The translations under genes and the position numbers were made by a program. A stretch of DNA of 64,000 nucleotides from Octopus sinensis (taxonomy: Eukaryota). The notes beneath the pieces are model-generated. The model searched no databases. It was not told the origin of the DNA and was given only the letters and a program-made list of their open reading frames with translations. Location of the stretch: the NCBI RefSeq assembly GCF_006345805.1, contig NC_042998.1, positions 69,750,001 through 69,814,000 on the forward strand, in the 5' to 3' direction. Positions 51,473 to 64,000 of this stretch are shown in pieces; position 1 is the stretch's first letter, and each line of letters starts with the position of its first letter.

Positions 51473-54400
51473 TTAGGTAGAGATAGGAATAGACGGGGAT
51501 GCAAATGCCTCAGAGACCTGCTCAGACGCTTTCAACTGTCTGACAGGTTCCGACTAGACCACCTGAATGCGCCAACGTGGACATGGAGCAACCACATCGG
51601 GTCGTCGAGATCGTATCTAGATAGGATACTGTGTAGGACAGTAGATAGAGATAGCATAGGATACCCATAATTCCACATAGTCAACTACACGGATCACAAA
51701 CTTGTGACATGTACGCTAGACTTAGGTAAGACACTTCGGCAGGGTCCCGGATATTGGAAACTAAACGCGTCTTTCCCATCGAGACAGGTTTTCAGAGACC
51801 GGATTAGCACACTAGTAAAGAGGGCTTTGACAGGAGCCATCATCAACAACAAATGGTGGTTTGCCCTCAAGAGAGCAGTAAAAGCAGAAGCGATTAGGTA
51901 CAGCAAAGCACTAGCTATAGATAGAAATAGAGTAGAGGGTGAGCTAGTTAAGAAGCTTGAAGAGGCAATTAGAAGCGGCATCGCATCCGACGTTTTGGCG
52001 GCGAGGTTGGCCCTCGACCAACACTTCAACGCCAAACACGAAGTGTGTGCTGTCAGAGCTAGGATGCGTGCTCTAAGGAACGAAGGTGTTGGAGCCGCGA
52101 GAGAGGCCCGGGTAGCAGAGGCGCAACAGGGCAACAAAGCCACCATTCGGTCTCTGGTAGATGAACAGGGGCGCGAATTGATCGAGCCAAGTAAAATGTG
52201 TGAGGCCTTTCAACAGCATTTTGCCCGACTGTTCGGGACGAGTGGCGGGCAAGAACGGAGGGTGGACTTCAGTGCCTACCTACACAGCCTACCACGACTC
52301 TCGACAAGAGAGGCAGGGCACTGCGAAGGTGCCATCACGGCGGCGGAAGTGCGATGGCAGAATGCTCGAGGGACAAATCGCCGGGTTTGCTGCCCTACGA
52401 GCTTTACAGTTGTATGCCAGACTTGTTTGGAAACGTCTTGGCAGCGGTGTACTGCAATTGGCAGCAAAACGGGAGCATTCCTGGTTTTGTGAGCCGAGGG
52501 GCCGTAACACTGCTGAAGAAAGATCTAAACAAGGGAAATGTAATAGATAACTTTAGGCCCATCACTCTGCTTAATGCAGACTTAAAAATTTTGGCCAAGG
52601 TGTTAGCCAAGAGGTTGGCGCTTGTCATCGAGAAACTGGTCGACAAGGCGCAAACGTGCTCCGTGCCGGGCCGGACCATCCATGACAACCTCCACCTGAT
52701 GCGCTACATCATAGACAGGGTAGTTAACGAACCTGGCATGGGTGGGGCGCTGATCAATTTGGTTCAATCGAAAGCTTTCGATAGGGTAGACCATCGATAC
52801 TTGGAGGCGGTCCTCAGAGCGGCTGGCCTCGGTCCCGTCTTCCGCGGCTGGATAGCCGCTTTGTACAGAGGCATCCGTTCGGTAATTCGCGTAAATGGAC
52901 ATCTATCGAGATCTTTCGACATCGCACGTTCGGTCCGTCAGAGATGCCCCCCTCTCGTCGCTTCTATACGTATTGACTCTCGAGCCACTATTGCGGAAGC
53001 TGGCAACTCTGAAGGGCATCCCGCGAGAACTGGGATGCGGGACGAGCGTGTCTGCATACGCGGACGACGTCACCGTCATGGTGTCTAGCCACGAGCACAT
53101 CGAGCAGGTCGGCGAGACACCGAAAAACTACGAAGCGGTGACAGGAGCAAAAATTAATCGGGAAAAGTCAGTGGGCTTGCGACTAGGCACTTGGAGAAGC
53201 AAGCCCATGCCGTCCACCAGCGCCTCCGTTGTGGGACGCTGGACCGACGGTCCGGTCGAGTTGCTCGGGGTCTGGTTCGGACCGGACCTCCAAATGAAGA
53301 AGAACTGGAACGAAATAACGAGTAGGGTGGTCACTCCCGCCCGGCAATGGGCCGAGAGGAAACTGTCCCTAAAAGGTCGGGCGGAGGTGGCGAACACGTA
53401 CATCGCATCCGTCATCTACTACCGCCTGACCGTCGTGCCTTGTCCAGACCCTACCATCACCAAACTAGAACGCATTCTCTTTCGCTTCTTGTGGAAAGGA
53501 TGCGTCCCGATGGTCAGGCGATCCATTTGCTGTCAACACCCGTTAAAAGGAGGACTGGGCATGCCGTGGTTGATGATGCGCAGACACGCGCTGAGACTGC
53601 GACATCTCAGGCTCTTCGTAGACGACGGTGAACAGGTGTGGTCGCCGTTTGTGAGGCACGCTTTCCCGCAGCTCGTCTCCATGACCGAACTGTAATCGTG
53701 AATCAAAATGAGGCCGAGGAAGGGCGAATGGCACCGCGAGTGTCACGTTGCTCTCAAGCAACTCTGCCGTCCTGGGTCAACATTGAGTGACTCCATCACA
53801 ACCAAAGCATTCTATAGGAGATTAGTGGAGGGAAGGTACGACGACGAGCTCGGGGCAAACTGGACGTCGACGAGGAATACCTGACCCGCCTGTTCAGGAC
53901 GACTTGCGGGCCAGGGCCCATGGACAACTTCCAGAGATCCATGGCCTGGCAGTGCTACCGAGAAGCGCTACCCGTTCGGGATAAGCTCTACAGACACGGC
54001 TCGAGAAACACGGGGCCGACCTGCCCGAGATGCGGCCAGAGCGACGAAACCGTTCTGCACGCACTCGTGCAGTGTCCAACAATTTCCGACCTGTGGGCTT
54101 ATGTCGAACAACTGCTGTCACGTGTGGGACGAGTCGGTTTATCAGCCGAGTCTATCGTCAATATTGTCACGCCTCCTTCCTTCAAACGGAAAGGAAGAGC
54201 TATTTTCATCATCCTTGTGGCTATGGCGAAAGAATGTATCTAGTGGACGCGTCTGAAAGGATTGGAGACAAACACTTTGCTCTCTGGTCAACCTCTAATC
54301 AACTTTTTCAAGTACCACTTGAAAAGGAAAGTGAGAGTAGAGAGGCAAGTTTTGTCTAGCGAACGTTTTAAAAAAAGATGGGTGAATGTAGCAAGGATGG

Positions 54401-54852
54401 CACGTATGAATGACGAAGCCACCTTGAGCATAATCCTATGAACCCAGAAATTTAAAACAGAGGGTTACCCACTTGCAAACAAATGTGGTAACATATAACA
54501 ATATTGACCAAGGTTACCGTGGTCTTTTTCGTAGGCTTTTCTTCCCACGGATAAACCTTACTTGCTTTCCCCTTTACACCATACATCATGACACTGTGAT
54601 GCACGATCCCTATTGATCTTTTTTTTCCTCTTCCCCTTTTTTCCTTCTTTTTTCTTCTTTTTTCATTTTTCTTTTCTTTTGTTCCTTTTCCCATTTTTCT
54701 TTTTTTCTTTTCCCTTTTCCTTTTTTTCCCCCTTTTACGATCCCATTTGATCGAAAACCTACGCCACCTTTTTTTTTCTTTCATCCCCCAAAAGAAAAGC
54801 TCTACCTTGTAACTTGTCCCATCTGTGTGCAGCCCTGTGTGGCCAATAAAGA
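51473..54852 (+). mobile_element. Tx1/L1-clade non-LTR retrotransposon, 5'-truncated ORF2 pseudogene (end of AP endonuclease, RT, zinc-binding domain) plus 3' UTR
   Basis: SYLDRIL...TDHK, GPGYWKLN, NFRPITLLNADLKILAK, QSKAFDRVDH, AYADDVTV, GGLGMP and CPRCGQSDETVLHALVQC; about 3 stops and 3 frameshifts; AATAAA at about 54845. Confidence 0.93.
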
Positions 54853-55025
54853 AACTTATCTATTTATCTATCTATCTATATGTCTGTCTGTGTGTCTATC
54901 CGTATGTCTGTATGCCTGCCTGCTTGCTTGTCTATCTGTCTTCGTGCCTGTTTGCCTGTTGGTCTGTCAACCTGTCTGTCTGACTGTCTACAAGCAATAC
55001 ACGCATAAACAACCAATAGCATCAT

Positions 55026-55450
55026 CTCTTTACTCTTACTCTTTTACTTGTTTCAGTCATTTGACTGTGGCCATGCTGGAGCACCGCCTTTAGTCGAGCA
55101 AATCAAACCTAGGACTTATTCTTTGTAAGCCTAGTACTTATTCTATCGGGGTTTTTCGCCGAACTGCTAAGTTACGGGGAAGTAAGCACACCAGCATCGT
55201 TTGTCAAGCGACGTTGGGGGGGGGGGGGCAAACACAGACACACAAATATATACACACGCATACATATATATATACATATATATACAACGGGCTTCTTTCA
55301 GTTTCCGTCTACCAAGTCCATTCACAAGGCTTTGGTCGGGCCGAGGCTATAGTAGAAGACATTTGCCCAAGGTGCCACGCAGTGGGAATGAACCCAGAAC
55401 CATGTGGTTCGTAAGCAAGCTACTTACCACACAGCCATTCATGCGCCTAT
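55026..55450 (-). mobile_element. SINE family C, full length
   Basis: Reverse complement of 8960-9445. Confidence 0.9.
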
Positions 55451-55719
55451 CTACTCAGATATCTTTCACATATTTAGGCATATATTCGCATACACAGACA
55501 TACATATTCGTCTACACATATATGTATAGACTCACACACACTGGAACAGACATTTTCTCAACATTGATTCTGATGCACACAACACATCAGCTCAAATATA
55601 CACATTATTATAGACAGACAAATAGAGAGATAGATAGTTAGTTAGTTAGTTAGGTAGGTAGGCAGGTAGGTAGGTAGGTATGTAGGTAGGTAGGTAGGTA
55701 GGTAGACATAGATAGATAA

Positions 55720-55780
<61 letters not shown>

Positions 55781-56698
55781 AAGAGAGATAGAGAGAGAGA
55801 GAGAGCGGGAGGGAGAGAGAGGGTGAGAGAGAAACCCAGTAACAAAACTCCCTTTACTTCAATTTCCTACTCAGACAGAATGCAGGCTCTGATTCCCTCT
55901 GACGTACCTTAAGAAAGCACAAAGTTTAAGTATGGAAAACCTTTAAAGGAATCGAATACAATTGCCATGAGCAGTTGTGAGTCATTTTTTTTTTTTTTGT
56001 TATCCCTTTCCTTCTTTACAAATCACAAAGCTCTGCCACAATTCTTAGCATTGATAACGAATGAATTTCATCACAACAGTAGAAAAACTATCAGGCTTAA
56101 GGAAGCAAATATGGCGGTTATGAATTAGTGATTTAATAGGACCTTATTCCATTCCATTAATTACATCACTTAACGTAACAAACGGCATGAAAAAATCTCA
56201 GCTACACACATTGTCTGACCTTGTTCTTGCTAGTAATGCATTTCTGAAATGTTCTTATGTTCCTTTTATGTTTCCCTCTGTCTGTTTCTATCTCTCCCTC
56301 TCCCTCTATTTCTCTGTCTCTGCCTGTGTCTCTCGCTGTCTCTCTCCTTCTCTCATTCTTGTTCATTTTAACCAATGCCATAAAGGTTTGTGTTCTTTTA
56401 AACCTTAGTCGTCAACCAACCGTCTGGTGATCTTAACGTAGGCATTGACCTCTTGTGAAATGGTCGACTGGATACAGAAGGTTTGTTTAAGAACCGGAAA
56501 GTTAAGATTATTGATGAAGTGGCAGCGTCTCTCAGGGAAATCTGAGCGAATAAAGAATTAAAATAAAAATATATAGTCGTCAGCCAAACTGAATTTAAAA
56601 TGGCAGGCGCAAAAAATGGCACACTTTGTAACATAGTTTAAAGTCAATCATAGAGTTTGTAATGCGTTCGATTATGCATACATACATACATACATACA

Positions 56699-56734
<36 letters not shown>

Positions 56735-56854
56735 TGCATATATACATACATACATGCATGTTTAATGTATGTATGTATATAAATATATAAATATATATAC
56801 ATACACATATATACATTAAACATCCATTAATAACATACGCATTACCTACCTACA

Positions 56855-56938
<84 letters not shown>

Positions 56939-57004
56939 AACCCACTCATGTATTTCGTTCTCTTTTCCTCAACTCTCCTCTCACTCTCTTTCACTCTGCA
57001 TGTA

Positions 57005-57099
<95 letters not shown>

Positions 57100-57239
57100 T
57101 GTGCGTGCGTGTATATAATACATCTATATAGTATATGTATATGTATATATACACACACGTATACACTTGCCTAGGTGCACACAACGCACACACACGCGCA
57201 CTCTCTCTTTCTCTGTCTCCTCTCTCTCACACTCTCTCA

Positions 57240-57280
<41 letters not shown>

Positions 57281-57339
57281 ACACAACTGGGAGGAGTATT
57301 CTCTTCGGGAAAAGTTAGATGGTGCGGGAAACAGCAACC

Positions 57340-58248
57340 GGAATTTAGCAAATACTTTTGGAGAGAGTGAAATAAACAGAAAGAGAATGAGAGAGCGAGA
57401 GAGAGAGAGAGAGAGAGAGAGGAGGTGGAGAGATGTAGGGGAGAGAGGCAGGGGAGAGAGAGAGTGAACGAGAGTGAGAAATGCTAGAGTGGATGGTGGA
57501 AAGGAAAAATAATAAAGAAAATAAGTAATAATGAAAGTGAGAGGCAATGGTGGTGATGGTGGGAGTGGTGGATAACATGTGAAAAGAGAATGAAAAAACG
57601 AAAGAAAATAAAGAAGAAGAAAAATATGAGTTGAAAAAAGAGTACATGATGGTGAGAATAGCGTGAAATTGAGAGAGAGAAAGAGAGGGTGAGATCGAAA
57701 GAGAGAGAGAGAGACAGGGAGAGAGAGAAAGAAAGGGAGAGAAGAAGAAGGAAAGGGAGAGAGAGGGAAGAAAGAAGAGAGTCAGTGAGAGAGAGAGTGA
57801 GAGAGAAAGGGAGAGAGAGAAAAAGAAGAGGAGAGAAAGGGAGAAAGGAAGCAAGGTAGACAAAGAGAAAGAAAAGGAGGGAGAGAAAGAAAGAATGAGA
57901 GATCGAGAGAGAAAGAGAGGGAAAGAGAAAGGGAAAGAGAAGGGTGGATGTGGGCTATAATGATAGAAAGACCATTGGGAGAAAGGGAGGGAGAGATGAG
58001 AAGAGAGAATAGAGAGACATAGAGGAATAAACAAAAAAAGATGAGAGAGAAAGAGAGAGCGAGTGAGATAGAGGTAAAGAATGAGAGAGAGAGAGAGAGA
58101 GAGAGAGAAGAGAGAGAGATGGAATCTTGGGAAAGGAAGTGAATGGGGGTAGGATGTGTTGAAGTGAGAGTGGATCGAAAGCGAAGAGTGAGAATGAAAA
58201 ATAGAGCCGTCAGCGAGAGAAAATGAGAAATAGATAGATAGATAGATA

Positions 58249-58285
<37 letters not shown>

Positions 58286-58520
58286 GAGAGAGAAGGAAAG
58301 GGAGTGAGAGTTAGAGGCGATGTGTGAAAATGCGAGAGAAAAAAGTCGGAGAGAGAAAAAAAATAGAAAAGGAAAAGGGGGAAGCAGTTAGGAAAATGAT
58401 AGGCAAGTTGCATGAGTGTGAGAGAAACAGAGAGAGAACAAAGCAGTAACCGAGAGAGAGATAGATAGATTGATAGATAGAGAGAGAGAGAGAGAGAGAG
58501 AAGGAGGGAGGCGATCGTGA
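57340..58520 (+). repeat. Purine-rich (GA)n low-complexity tract
   Basis: Read directly; gives SLSL/FS-rich minus-strand ORFs. Confidence 0.85.
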
Positions 58521-58829
58521 TTGCACAGAAGACATGAAACAATGGCGGCGGTGATGGGGAATAGGGAGGGTTTGAAGTCTTCTGTCTGCCCAAATATGTG
58601 ATGAAAATGCAAGAAGCAAAGAGAAAACTGAAGGCAATCGTGACATAATTGAGAAGAAAGACATAACTCAGAGAAAAAAGGAAGAAATTGTGAAAGAAAT
58701 TCTTACAAATGAAAAAAAAGGTGAACTAAAAAGTTAAAAACAGAAGAATTGGGGAAAATCATCTGAATTTATCGAAATGATTTTTGTTGTTAGTAAAGAC
58801 TAACTAGAGCAGACAAGAAAAATGGAGAC

Positions 58830-58857
58830 AATAATAATAATGATGATAATAATAATA

Positions 58858-58950
<93 letters not shown>
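58830..58950. repeat. (AAT)n microsatellite
   Basis: Read directly from the sequence. Confidence 0.95.
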
Positions 58951-59123
58951 GAGTTAAAATGTAACCAAATAAAAGCAAGAGTGGAAAAAGCAACTAAAAA
59001 AGTGTAACAAATGGAGCAGACGATAAAAAGAGGAAATGGAAGGATTGGAAAAAAATGTTTAAATCGTTGAGCAGACGATGGAACAAGGAATGAGTTTAAA
59101 AAAATGGAATAGACGATAAAATC

Positions 59124-59165
<42 letters not shown>

Positions 59166-59778
59166 TATAAGAAACATTTTGGGGAAGGTGATGAAAATAG
59201 AGAATGTAAAAAGAAACTCATAGTCGACAGAAAGCGAAAATGCACACATGCATAAATAGGCACACACACACACAAACACAGACACACACAGAGTCAGGTA
59301 TAATAAACACTCACATTCACTCACATACATGCATGCACAAATGCACACATACATATACAAGCACATATACGCACACTACACAAACCGCTTCAAAACGGTA
59401 GGAAGAAAAGTGGTGTGAGTGTTTATGCACGTATGGATTGTTTCAATGTGTCTCAGCGTTTTGGTAAATGTATATGTATTGTTTACAGTTTTGTGTATTG
59501 TATGCATGCATTTTATACATAGTTATATGTACATGTATGTTTACATTTATATAACATGATTTCGTATCTCGGACCTCTCAAAATCAGTGTTAATCTATAT
59601 ACCTATAATTTACATGACGATGTAACCAATCATTGTTTACTCGAAACAGCTGTAAAGATAAGACTTGATTGCAGCATTCATTGAATTACTTGTATATGTA
59701 ATTTTCCTTACGTCTAACTATTTATATGCATGTATATATATGTATGTGTGTGTGTATGTGTATACATATATACATATT

Positions 59779-59826
<48 letters not shown>

Positions 59827-60195
59827 TAAATGAAATAAAACATATGCATATATATAAACATATATGTACGTACCTACCTCTATATGTACATATACACGCA
59901 TATAATATACACACACACATGTATATACACTTATACACACACACACACAGACATGTGCAGTGAGGGATTTTTCAGGGTACTCCATTTTGGGGAGGAAGGA
60001 ATAGGCATAGTGATTAACAGGAGACGCATACAATAGTTGATGAGATAATGTGGATAAATGGGTGAATTGGTAATACTCGAGAAAAGTGTCCGAGACTACC
60101 CTGCTCCAAGTAGAGGCAATTATAGTAATGGAAGAAAAAAAGTAGTGATTCATCGATGGTCGTTCTTATTGTCTTTATTTGTTTTTCACTTGTAG

Positions 60196-60297
60196 GATCT
60201 GGAAGAAGGGATATTACCTATGAGTTTTGGAAACCCTTCTATACCGGTGGGATCAACGTTGTTAACGCTCTACTTGAATCTTTGTAAATTAATACCC
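60196..60297 (+). other. Candidate exon directly upstream of the long inverted repeat
   Basis: Strong acceptor CTTATTGTCTTTATTTGTTTTTCACTTGTAG; reads either 102 nt open to CCC|GTAAGA (DLEEGILPMSFGNPSIPVGSTLLTLYLNLCKLIP) or SGRRDITYEFWKPFYTGGINVVNALLESL*. Confidence 0.35.
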
Positions 60298-60354
60298 GTA
60301 AGAAAGACATGAACTGCGAAGGAATTTCCGAGGGCCAATGATTCGTAAAGGAAA

Positions 60355-60663
60355 GACTAGGCAGAGTGATATGTTCGGAGCCTGAGGAATTGGACTTAAC
60401 ATAGGTGAGAAGAAAATGAGAAACGATTGGGACAAGAATGTTTGAGAAAGTGTAGTATGCTCTCAGCAAGATTCGAGGAGAGGCCATCATAGGCGCGCTG
60501 TCTTCTTCTGCATTTTCTACCGGAACTATGATGGCCTCTCCTCGAATCTTGCTGAGAGCATACTACACTTTCTCAAGTATTCTTGTCCCAATCGTTTCTC
60601 ATTTTCTTCTCACCTATGTTATGTCCAATTCCTCAGGCTCCGAACATATCACTCTGCCTAGTC
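60355..60663. repeat. Long inverted repeat: 138-bp arms, 33-nt loop
   Basis: 60355-60492 versus 60526-60663, 135 of 138 positions Watson-Crick complementary. Confidence 0.95.
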
Positions 60664-61409
60664 CTGGATGTCTGCATGTGCCGTAGATTCCCCATCATCG
60701 CAGATCTGAGAGTAATAGTGTGCCTAGTTGTGTTGCAGTAGCAGTTGAATTACGACTATGGTAACGGTACTCCCTTGTAGCTTTGTTGAGGATTAATAGT
60801 TGTTAGAAGCTAAAGTATTTTCTGTCCCTGAAGAGCAAGGCCAGTCTTTGTGAGTTCATACTTTTGCTGACAGACTTCTACTTGCTCGTTGTTCATGTTT
60901 AGAAGTGTTCTTTAGTTCCAGTTCAGTATTATAGTGGTGATGGTAATTGTATTGATGATGGTCTTGGTGGTTGCGTAGGTGATGGTGGTGGTGACATTGT
61001 TGGTGTGATTGCGTTGGTGGTGATGGTGACGATTGTGGTAGTGGTGGAAGATGCAGTGGGTGTAGAGATAATTAAAGTGATGATGATGATTGTGATAGTG
61101 GTGGGTGTGGTGATGCTGGTGAGGGTTGTTGTTATGGGAATGTTGTGGCGGTGGCGATGGTAGTAGCGATGATCATGCTGGTGATTGGGTGTGGTGGAGG
61201 TAGTGATGGAAATAACGTTTGGTGGTGGTAACTGGTGGCGATGGTGGTGGTGGTAGGGGAGGAATTAGAGAAATTGATGTGAGTTGGGGCGATGATGATG
61301 ATGATGATGATATTACCACCACCACCACCACCATCAACAACAACAACTGTGTTAATAGACGGTTATAATTACGTAATTGCAAAAATTGCTGGTGGCTTGG
61401 AGTAAAAAG

Positions 61410-62040
61410 AGTGATGAAGGTGTGGTGTGGCGGAGGATCAGTGTGGTGGAGAATTGGTGCGGTGGAGGACTGACAAGGTGGAAATTTGGTGGGGGTGTAG
61501 GAATGCTTTGGTGGAAAATTAGTTGGTGGGGACGGAGAACTGGTGTGTTAGAGGTGTCATATCATGGTGAATTGACGAGGTGGAGTTATGGTGAGATGGG
61601 GGAGGCGTTGGTGTAGTGGGGACTGGTGTGAGTGAAGATTGGAGTCGTGGAGGCCTAGTGTGGTGAAAAATCGGTGTGTTGGAGGTCTGGCGTGGTGTTG
61701 TGGTGTAGGGTTTGTGTAGTGGAGAATTCGTGAAGTAGTGAAGAATTGAGGGAGATGGAGGAATGGTTTTGCGGAGGATTGGTGTGATGAGGTTTGATAT
61801 AATGGAGGTTTGGAATTGTGGAGGAATGCCCTTATATGGAGGACTAGTGAAGTAATGAAGCTTGGTTGTGATGGAAGACAGATGTGATGGAAAACTTAAC
61901 GGGATGATTGGTGCAGTGCACGACGTGTGTGGACGACTGGTGGTTTGGTGGCGGTTTGGTGTGGTGCAGAATTAGTATTGTAGAAGATTGGTGCTGTATA
62001 AGATTGGTAGCTTAGGGTAGTCATGTAATGACGGTGTATT
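61410..62040. repeat. Degenerate ~16-bp G-rich tandem repeat
   Basis: Units about GGAGGATTGGTGTGGT. Confidence 0.6.
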
Positions 62041-62125
62041 TCATTAGAGGATTGGTGTCGTGTGTATGTGTGCGTGCGTGTGAATGTGTGTGAATATGTG
62101 TGTGTGTGAGTGTGTATATGTGTGC

Positions 62126-62190
<65 letters not shown>

Positions 62191-62191
<1 letters not shown>

Positions 62192-62490
62192 GAATGCACG
62201 TGGCCTAGTGGTTACGGTATTCGGCTCACGATCGTAAGATCATGAGTTTGATTCCTGGCGTCGCGTTGTGTCCTTGAGCAAGACACTTTATTTCACCTTG
62301 CTCCAATTCACTCAGCTGGCAAAAATGAGTAGTACCTGTATTTCAAAGGGGCCAGCCTTGTCACATTCTTTGTCACAACTGAACCTTCCCGAAAAGATAC
62401 GCGTGTCTGTGGGGTACTCAGCTGTTTGCACGTTAATTTCACGAGCAGGCTGTTCCGTTGATTGGATCATCTGGAGCCCTCGTCTTCGTC
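62191..62490 (+). mobile_element. SINE family A
   Basis: A box TGGCCTAGTGG, B box GAGTTTGATTCC, GTCCTTGAGCAAGACACTT body. Confidence 0.9.
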
Positions 62491-63357
62491 ACCAACTGAG
62501 TGCTACTTTGTTTCGTTTTTGTTTGCATGTGACTCTGAATCCGTGAAGATATAGTAGCAGTGGACTTCTGTAGTGGAGGTATGATGTTTGAGATGGTCTA
62601 TAGTGGGGGAGGTGTAGTGAGGTGGTGGATTAGTGTGAAATTATAATGTCAACGATTGATTGTTGGGGTTATGCTGATGTGGAACAGCACTGATATAGTG
62701 GAAGATTGGTGCACCGGAAATGCTGTTGTTTACCCCAAACCAGTCTTAATTAAAGATATACCATTCAAGACCATCCTATGTATTTTCAAACATAGTATAT
62801 CTTATATTACATCATTCTATATGTTCTTCATTTTAAAAATAGTAGGTTGGTTTTAGGTAGATCCAATTGTTAATTTGACAGCGATGCACCATGACCGTCT
62901 GTCAACGAAGCTATATTCTTGTCATTGGCGATCCGACTCCCGATATATGTCTGGTTTAATTCCGTTTTATCATGATTAAGGTCTTTTAAAATAGAATTAC
63001 TGATTTGTGTAAAAAAAGGCTTTCCGTTTATTAAAAACAAAAATTGTATTGTCACGGCTTCCGTTTATTCGTATGTACACACACACACATACACACACAC
63101 ACGCACACACACACACATACACACACACACACACACATACACACACACGCACACACACACACATACACACACACACGCACACACACACACACATAGACAC
63201 ACACACACACACCGGCACGCGCACTTACAAACGCACACACATATGGCAGTCTACCTCGTCATATGCAGTAGAAGAAATTATGGCAGAACTCGAGCGTTTT
63301 GTGTGTGTCTATACAACATGATGTGTGTGTGTGTGTGGTGTGTGTGTGTGTGTGTAT

Positions 63358-63548
63358 TCGCCATGATAGATCGCTAGCCACTAAACCTTTTTCAATTTTC
63401 TCTCCCTGTTTATTTCTGCGTTCCTTTCGGTTTAAGAGCGTAGGCTCGAAACGTAAAAGACTTTCTCACTTCCCGAGCATTAAACTAATACATCTGTTTG
63501 TTGTTTACAAACCGTCTTCGCCATTTTTTTTTGTAAATTCTCACTACA
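63358..63548 (+). mobile_element. Penelope-type terminal repeat remnant, second copy
   Basis: Aligns with 28746-28938 in reverse; contains GAGC-GTAG-GCTC-GAAA-CG-TA-AAAG. Confidence 0.45.
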
Positions 63549-64000
63549 TACATACATACATGCATACATACATACATACATACATACATACATACATACA
63601 TACATACATACATACATAAGAAACTCTACCCTTGTATCACTTTTTAAACTTTCGATTAACGAAATAGGATGGTGTATTTCTTTATTACAAACTTTCGTTC
63701 AAAGCTGTAACATAAAAGAAAGTGACTGGAGGCGATCATAATGTGTGTTATTAAATAATTCTATTAGCGAATGCCGAAAAATAACCGCCATTTCTTGGTG
63801 AACTGAATCCACAAACTAGTTTCAGTTTCCGGTTGTGAATAAAACCATAAGTAAGAATCAATGGCTAAAAAGGCTTGTCAGTCTGCCTCATAGTCCCTGC
63901 AAACAAAATGGAAAAAGCGTTGCCCTGGAGGATGGCAAAGGAGATGTACTGGAGAGCCACTTTGACTCACGGGTCTCGCACTTGCGTATAACCATCGCCG

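Noticed and set aside
56459-56554. Protein-like stretch NGRLDTEGLFKNRKVKIIDEVAASLREI* followed by AATAAA
   Set aside because: Only 28 codons, no pyrimidine tract upstream and no recognised homolog.
60239-60490. 83-aa minus-strand ORF
   Set aside because: It overlaps one arm of the inverted repeat and is antisense to a better exon candidate; no recognisable domain.

Overview
Repeat-dense eukaryotic genomic DNA. The SINE families and microsatellite load resemble what I recall of Octopus or another coleoid cephalopod; that is an inference, not a database result. I recognise no intact protein-coding gene, and nearly all ORFs in the supplied track are microsatellite or low-complexity artefacts or transposon fragments. 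The window holds about 25 tRNA-derived SINE copies from 4-5 families (labelled A-E here). It also holds degraded non-LTR retrotransposons: a 3.4-kb 5'-truncated Tx1/L1-clade copy, R4/Dong-like copies with a restriction-like endonuclease, RTE pieces and CR1/L2-group pieces. DNA elements include a dead mariner, a hAT MITE and two Helitron-like non-autonomous copies. Penelope-type terminal repeats, five minisatellites, many microsatellites and a 100-N scaffold gap (31038-31137) are also present. The least explained signals are structured-RNA candidates: a 138-bp-arm inverted repeat (60355-60663), a pre-miRNA-like hairpin (33032-33171), a 144-bp palindrome (51217-51360) and minimal hammerhead-ribozyme-like motifs in Penelope-type repeats, one with a compensatory G3-C8 core (49761-49811, minus strand). 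Several weak exon candidates hint at a long-intron host transcript, but this is unproven.
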